A DNA stretch of 64,000 bases, taken from positions 528,900-592,899 of the forward strand of contig RHPI01000003.1 in the NCBI GenBank assembly GCA_009103225.1, read 5' to 3'. The position numbers were made by a program, and so were the translations under genes. This DNA comes from Chlorokybus atmophyticus (Eukaryota > Plantae > Mesostigma and Chlorokybus algae). The notes beneath the pieces were generated by a model. It was not told the origin of the DNA. It did not search any database and worked only from the letters and a program-made list of their open reading frames with translations. Positions 61,192 through 64,000 of this stretch are shown piece after piece. Within the stretch, counting starts at the first letter, position 1. Each line of letters opens with the position of its first letter.

Positions 61192-62631
61192 AGACTCTCA
61201 CCTTGGTGAAGAGATTCAGTTCTCTGCAGTACCAAGCGTGCTATCGGGCAGAGCCCAGTGCCAATGTCATTTTCTGTGGTAGTTAGGTAGTTTCGTGGTG
61301 CAGTGGGTGTTTAGCAGAATAAGCAATCGAGTTGTTGCAGCCGAACCTGGTGTAGGTTTTGGCAAGAAACAGACTTGTCTTTTGTTTTACGTTACTGCTT
61401 GTGTCACCACAATGTAGTATCCTGGATGTTTGTTGTGCGGCAGTACATACTCTACGTTGTTGCCCTGTTTTCTCAAGTTCATACCTCACACATATACAAC
61501 AGCATGCACTCAATACTTTTCGTGCATCAATTTTCACCTCAAACAGCACCTTGTGGTGGAATAACCTAGACACCTTTTCAACTACGTTGACAATGGTTGT
61601 GGTCATGGCTACTCTAGCAAACATACAACTAAAGTAAGCAAGTGTTCCCAGTCACATCAGCAGAACATATCATGCATGTTTGCTCTGCAAAACATCAGGT
61701 AATCGTCATGTACACACATGTAATTTTATTTCATGAACATATTGACTAATAACATGTTGCAAGAAGAAGCATATAAACAACCACACTAAGGGGTTGGTTT
61801 AATGTGCAAGCAATGGTGAGGTCAACAGAGTAGGCAGCGAACAGCTGCAGGTATAGTAGGAGGGGCTGTACATGCAGGGGTAGTGTTGATTGCGAGTGTA
61901 CATACCAGACTCTAGCAGCATGCAACAACCTCACATGATTTCTAGCTCCGATTAACCGTGTTGTAAATGTGAAGAGTGTGCTGTGAAAATTGTATTTTTC
62001 CGCAAACTGAAGATTGCTACGCTATGCATTGCCTTTGCCGGAATCTAGGGTGAGTAACTAATTAGGTCAACATGTTCAATGATATAATGTAAGAGTCCCG
62101 ACGCTACGCGTGTATCATTGCCTTTGCCGGACTCCAGGCAGAGCAACCGGTTGGATACACATGCACAATCATATGCTGCTTATTGTTGGTCAACAGTTGC
62201 AAGACATTGCTCTCTGGCATTTACTTGCACACTAACACATGCACGTGCTTGCTCCCCTGCCCCCTTGTCTCTCTCTCATGCACGCTCTTCTCCCTTTTGC
62301 TACTCACTCTCCCACACTTCCCATCTCGCTAATACTCATCATCATCATCGCTGTACTACCGAAAGCGTTCACAAAGCTGCATAATGTCCTGCCCTTGCCT
62401 ATACACACAAGCATGCAACCAAACTGCAACTCTGCTTCCGGAACAAAGCATATACTACCACAGTTACTAGCAATTATGGCAATAACTTACACAGCGGAAT
62501 ATGTAAATACCCCTTACGCACGCTCACTTTTCCCCTTCTCCTCTGCTTCTTCCCCTCCCACACTTCCGGTCTCGCTGTTACAAGAGTCTATGAGAACAAC
62601 ACACAGCGGACTATGTGGGTACACAAAATAG

Positions 62632-63149
62632 TCAAAACTGAACATGGTTCTTCTCCCCGCTCAGCAGTTGTGCAGATGTGGGTATGATGGTACACACCAC
62701 CATACCGCAGTACTTATAGAAGTGGACAAACTGAGCAACGCTGTCGACTTGGTATGCAAGCGGCAGTACTTGATAAGTTTGCAAGGGGAGAAGAACCATG
62801 TTCAGTAAGCATCTTAGTATTGGTGGCATTGTGTGTGGCACAGGCAAGGAGTATGGCACGACCATGGACACCGTGTCAACAAGCGAGCGAGATAACGCAC
62901 AAATTAGTTGTTATACATAGGCAAGGCACAGCAATGGCAAAGCAAGTCGTGTGCAAGGCCTCACAGCAGCACACTCAGCAAGGCAGGAATTGCAGAAGGT
63001 AGCAACAGCGCCACACCTGACGCAACACGCCACATGGCATGGTAGGAGGGAGGGGCTAGGGGTGGGTGTGTGGGGGAGGGGGTTGGTTGGAAACATGCAT
63101 GTGTAAGAGCACACAGTATACTAGTGCTTGACGTTGATATTGTTAATGA

Positions 63150-63181
<32 letters not shown>

Positions 63182-63925
63182 CATGTGCTTGCATATGCAA
63201 TGGGCATGCTCGTCATCCTCTACTATACTGCCTGCACACCAATTATGAATCTTTTAGGACAACGACACCTACTAGCAGCCACACCTGCATAGAAGATGCG
63301 ACCAGGGATATAGCGGTCAGCTAACAATATATGAACTCCCCTTCACAAGTGTCTAGCTCTCTTGTGAAGCTGTCATGCGCATGTCCTATCTTGCATAACA
63401 GACAGCACCTAACTGTGCACTTAGCTGAACTGGAATCATAGCAATGCCACAAGATGCACAAAGCTGACAGCAAGCATACCAGCAGCAATGCAGTTAGATC
63501 ACATCAACATGGAGTAGTTACAAAACACCATCAGCAAAGAAAGCTACAGTGAGGGGAAAGGGAGCAAGCCTAGCAGCAGTCAAATCTGCCAAAACTGAAA
63601 TCACTCTTCCGTAGGACACACTAACACCCATCAACCCTAATTCTCACAAAACTCAGGGGGCTGTCGTCACAGATACATTGACTTCCTCTTGTCGGAAGGA
63701 GTTCATAAATACACACGGTGTCACCCAACAGCGCGCTTCTTCCTTTAGTGCAGTGTTATTACTGGTCTGGTTGGGGACTGGCGTGTTTCATCCAACCTCT
63801 AGAATACGCGCACCACCTGCATTGACTGCATGTGCTGGCGCGGCGCTTCTCTCCAGCCATCACTGTTGGGCCTCTTACTGTTCACGCGTACGCCTGCATC
63901 GTCATGCGACTTGGACACCTGCAAA
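62632..63925 (-). CDS. Probable 3' exons of an unidentified gene continuing beyond the window
   Basis: Exon-like segments, some with GT/AG borders: VSKSHDDAGVRVNSKRPNSDGWREAPRQHMQSMQ; EEARCWVTPCVFMNSFRQEE; CGAVATFCNSCLAEC; VDSVAQFVHFYKYCGMVVCTIIPTSAQLLSGEKNHVQF*. Confidence 0.3.
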
Positions 63926-64000
63926 AGAACCCGTCATCAGCCACACCACCCCTGAACACCCCACAACGACAGCGCACACTCACAAGGCCAACTGACAAAT

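Overview
Eukaryotic, intron-rich genomic DNA. The gene set points to an early-diverging streptophyte alga with a flagellated stage (inference from plant-type APEM9, two-UBA NBR1 and a CCT-motif protein next to IFT52). There are three zones. (1) 1-10.4 kb holds host genes: VIT1/CCC1 (+, 5' partial), MTO1/MnmG (-) and a secreted vicilin/legumin-like bicupin (-). (2) About 10.5-31.7 kb is a nested transposon block with two assembly gaps. A gag-like relic is cut off at ~16.0 kb by what looks like one composite DNA element. That element carries a spliced accessory gene (-), a spliced Plavaka-family transposase (+, split by a ~1.5 kb non-coding insertion that shares the element's left terminus) and, tail-to-tail with it, a prokaryote/phage-type C5 cytosine DNA methyltransferase (-). 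The methyltransferase is split inside motif I by an integrase-core-deleted chromodomain Ty3/gypsy LTR element. An AT-rich block and a tRNA-derived head with a perfect 21-bp hairpin follow. (3) 32-64 kb holds host genes in strictly alternating orientation: CCT (+), APEM9 (-), SMG8 (+), VPS18 (-), IFT52 (+), ISCA1 (-), NBR1 (+) and the 3' end of an unidentified gene (-). The best candidate for an undescribed system is the Plavaka transposon carrying a phage-type DNA methyltransferase. All family calls come from motif recognition by eye, with no database search, and exon boundaries were derived by hand.
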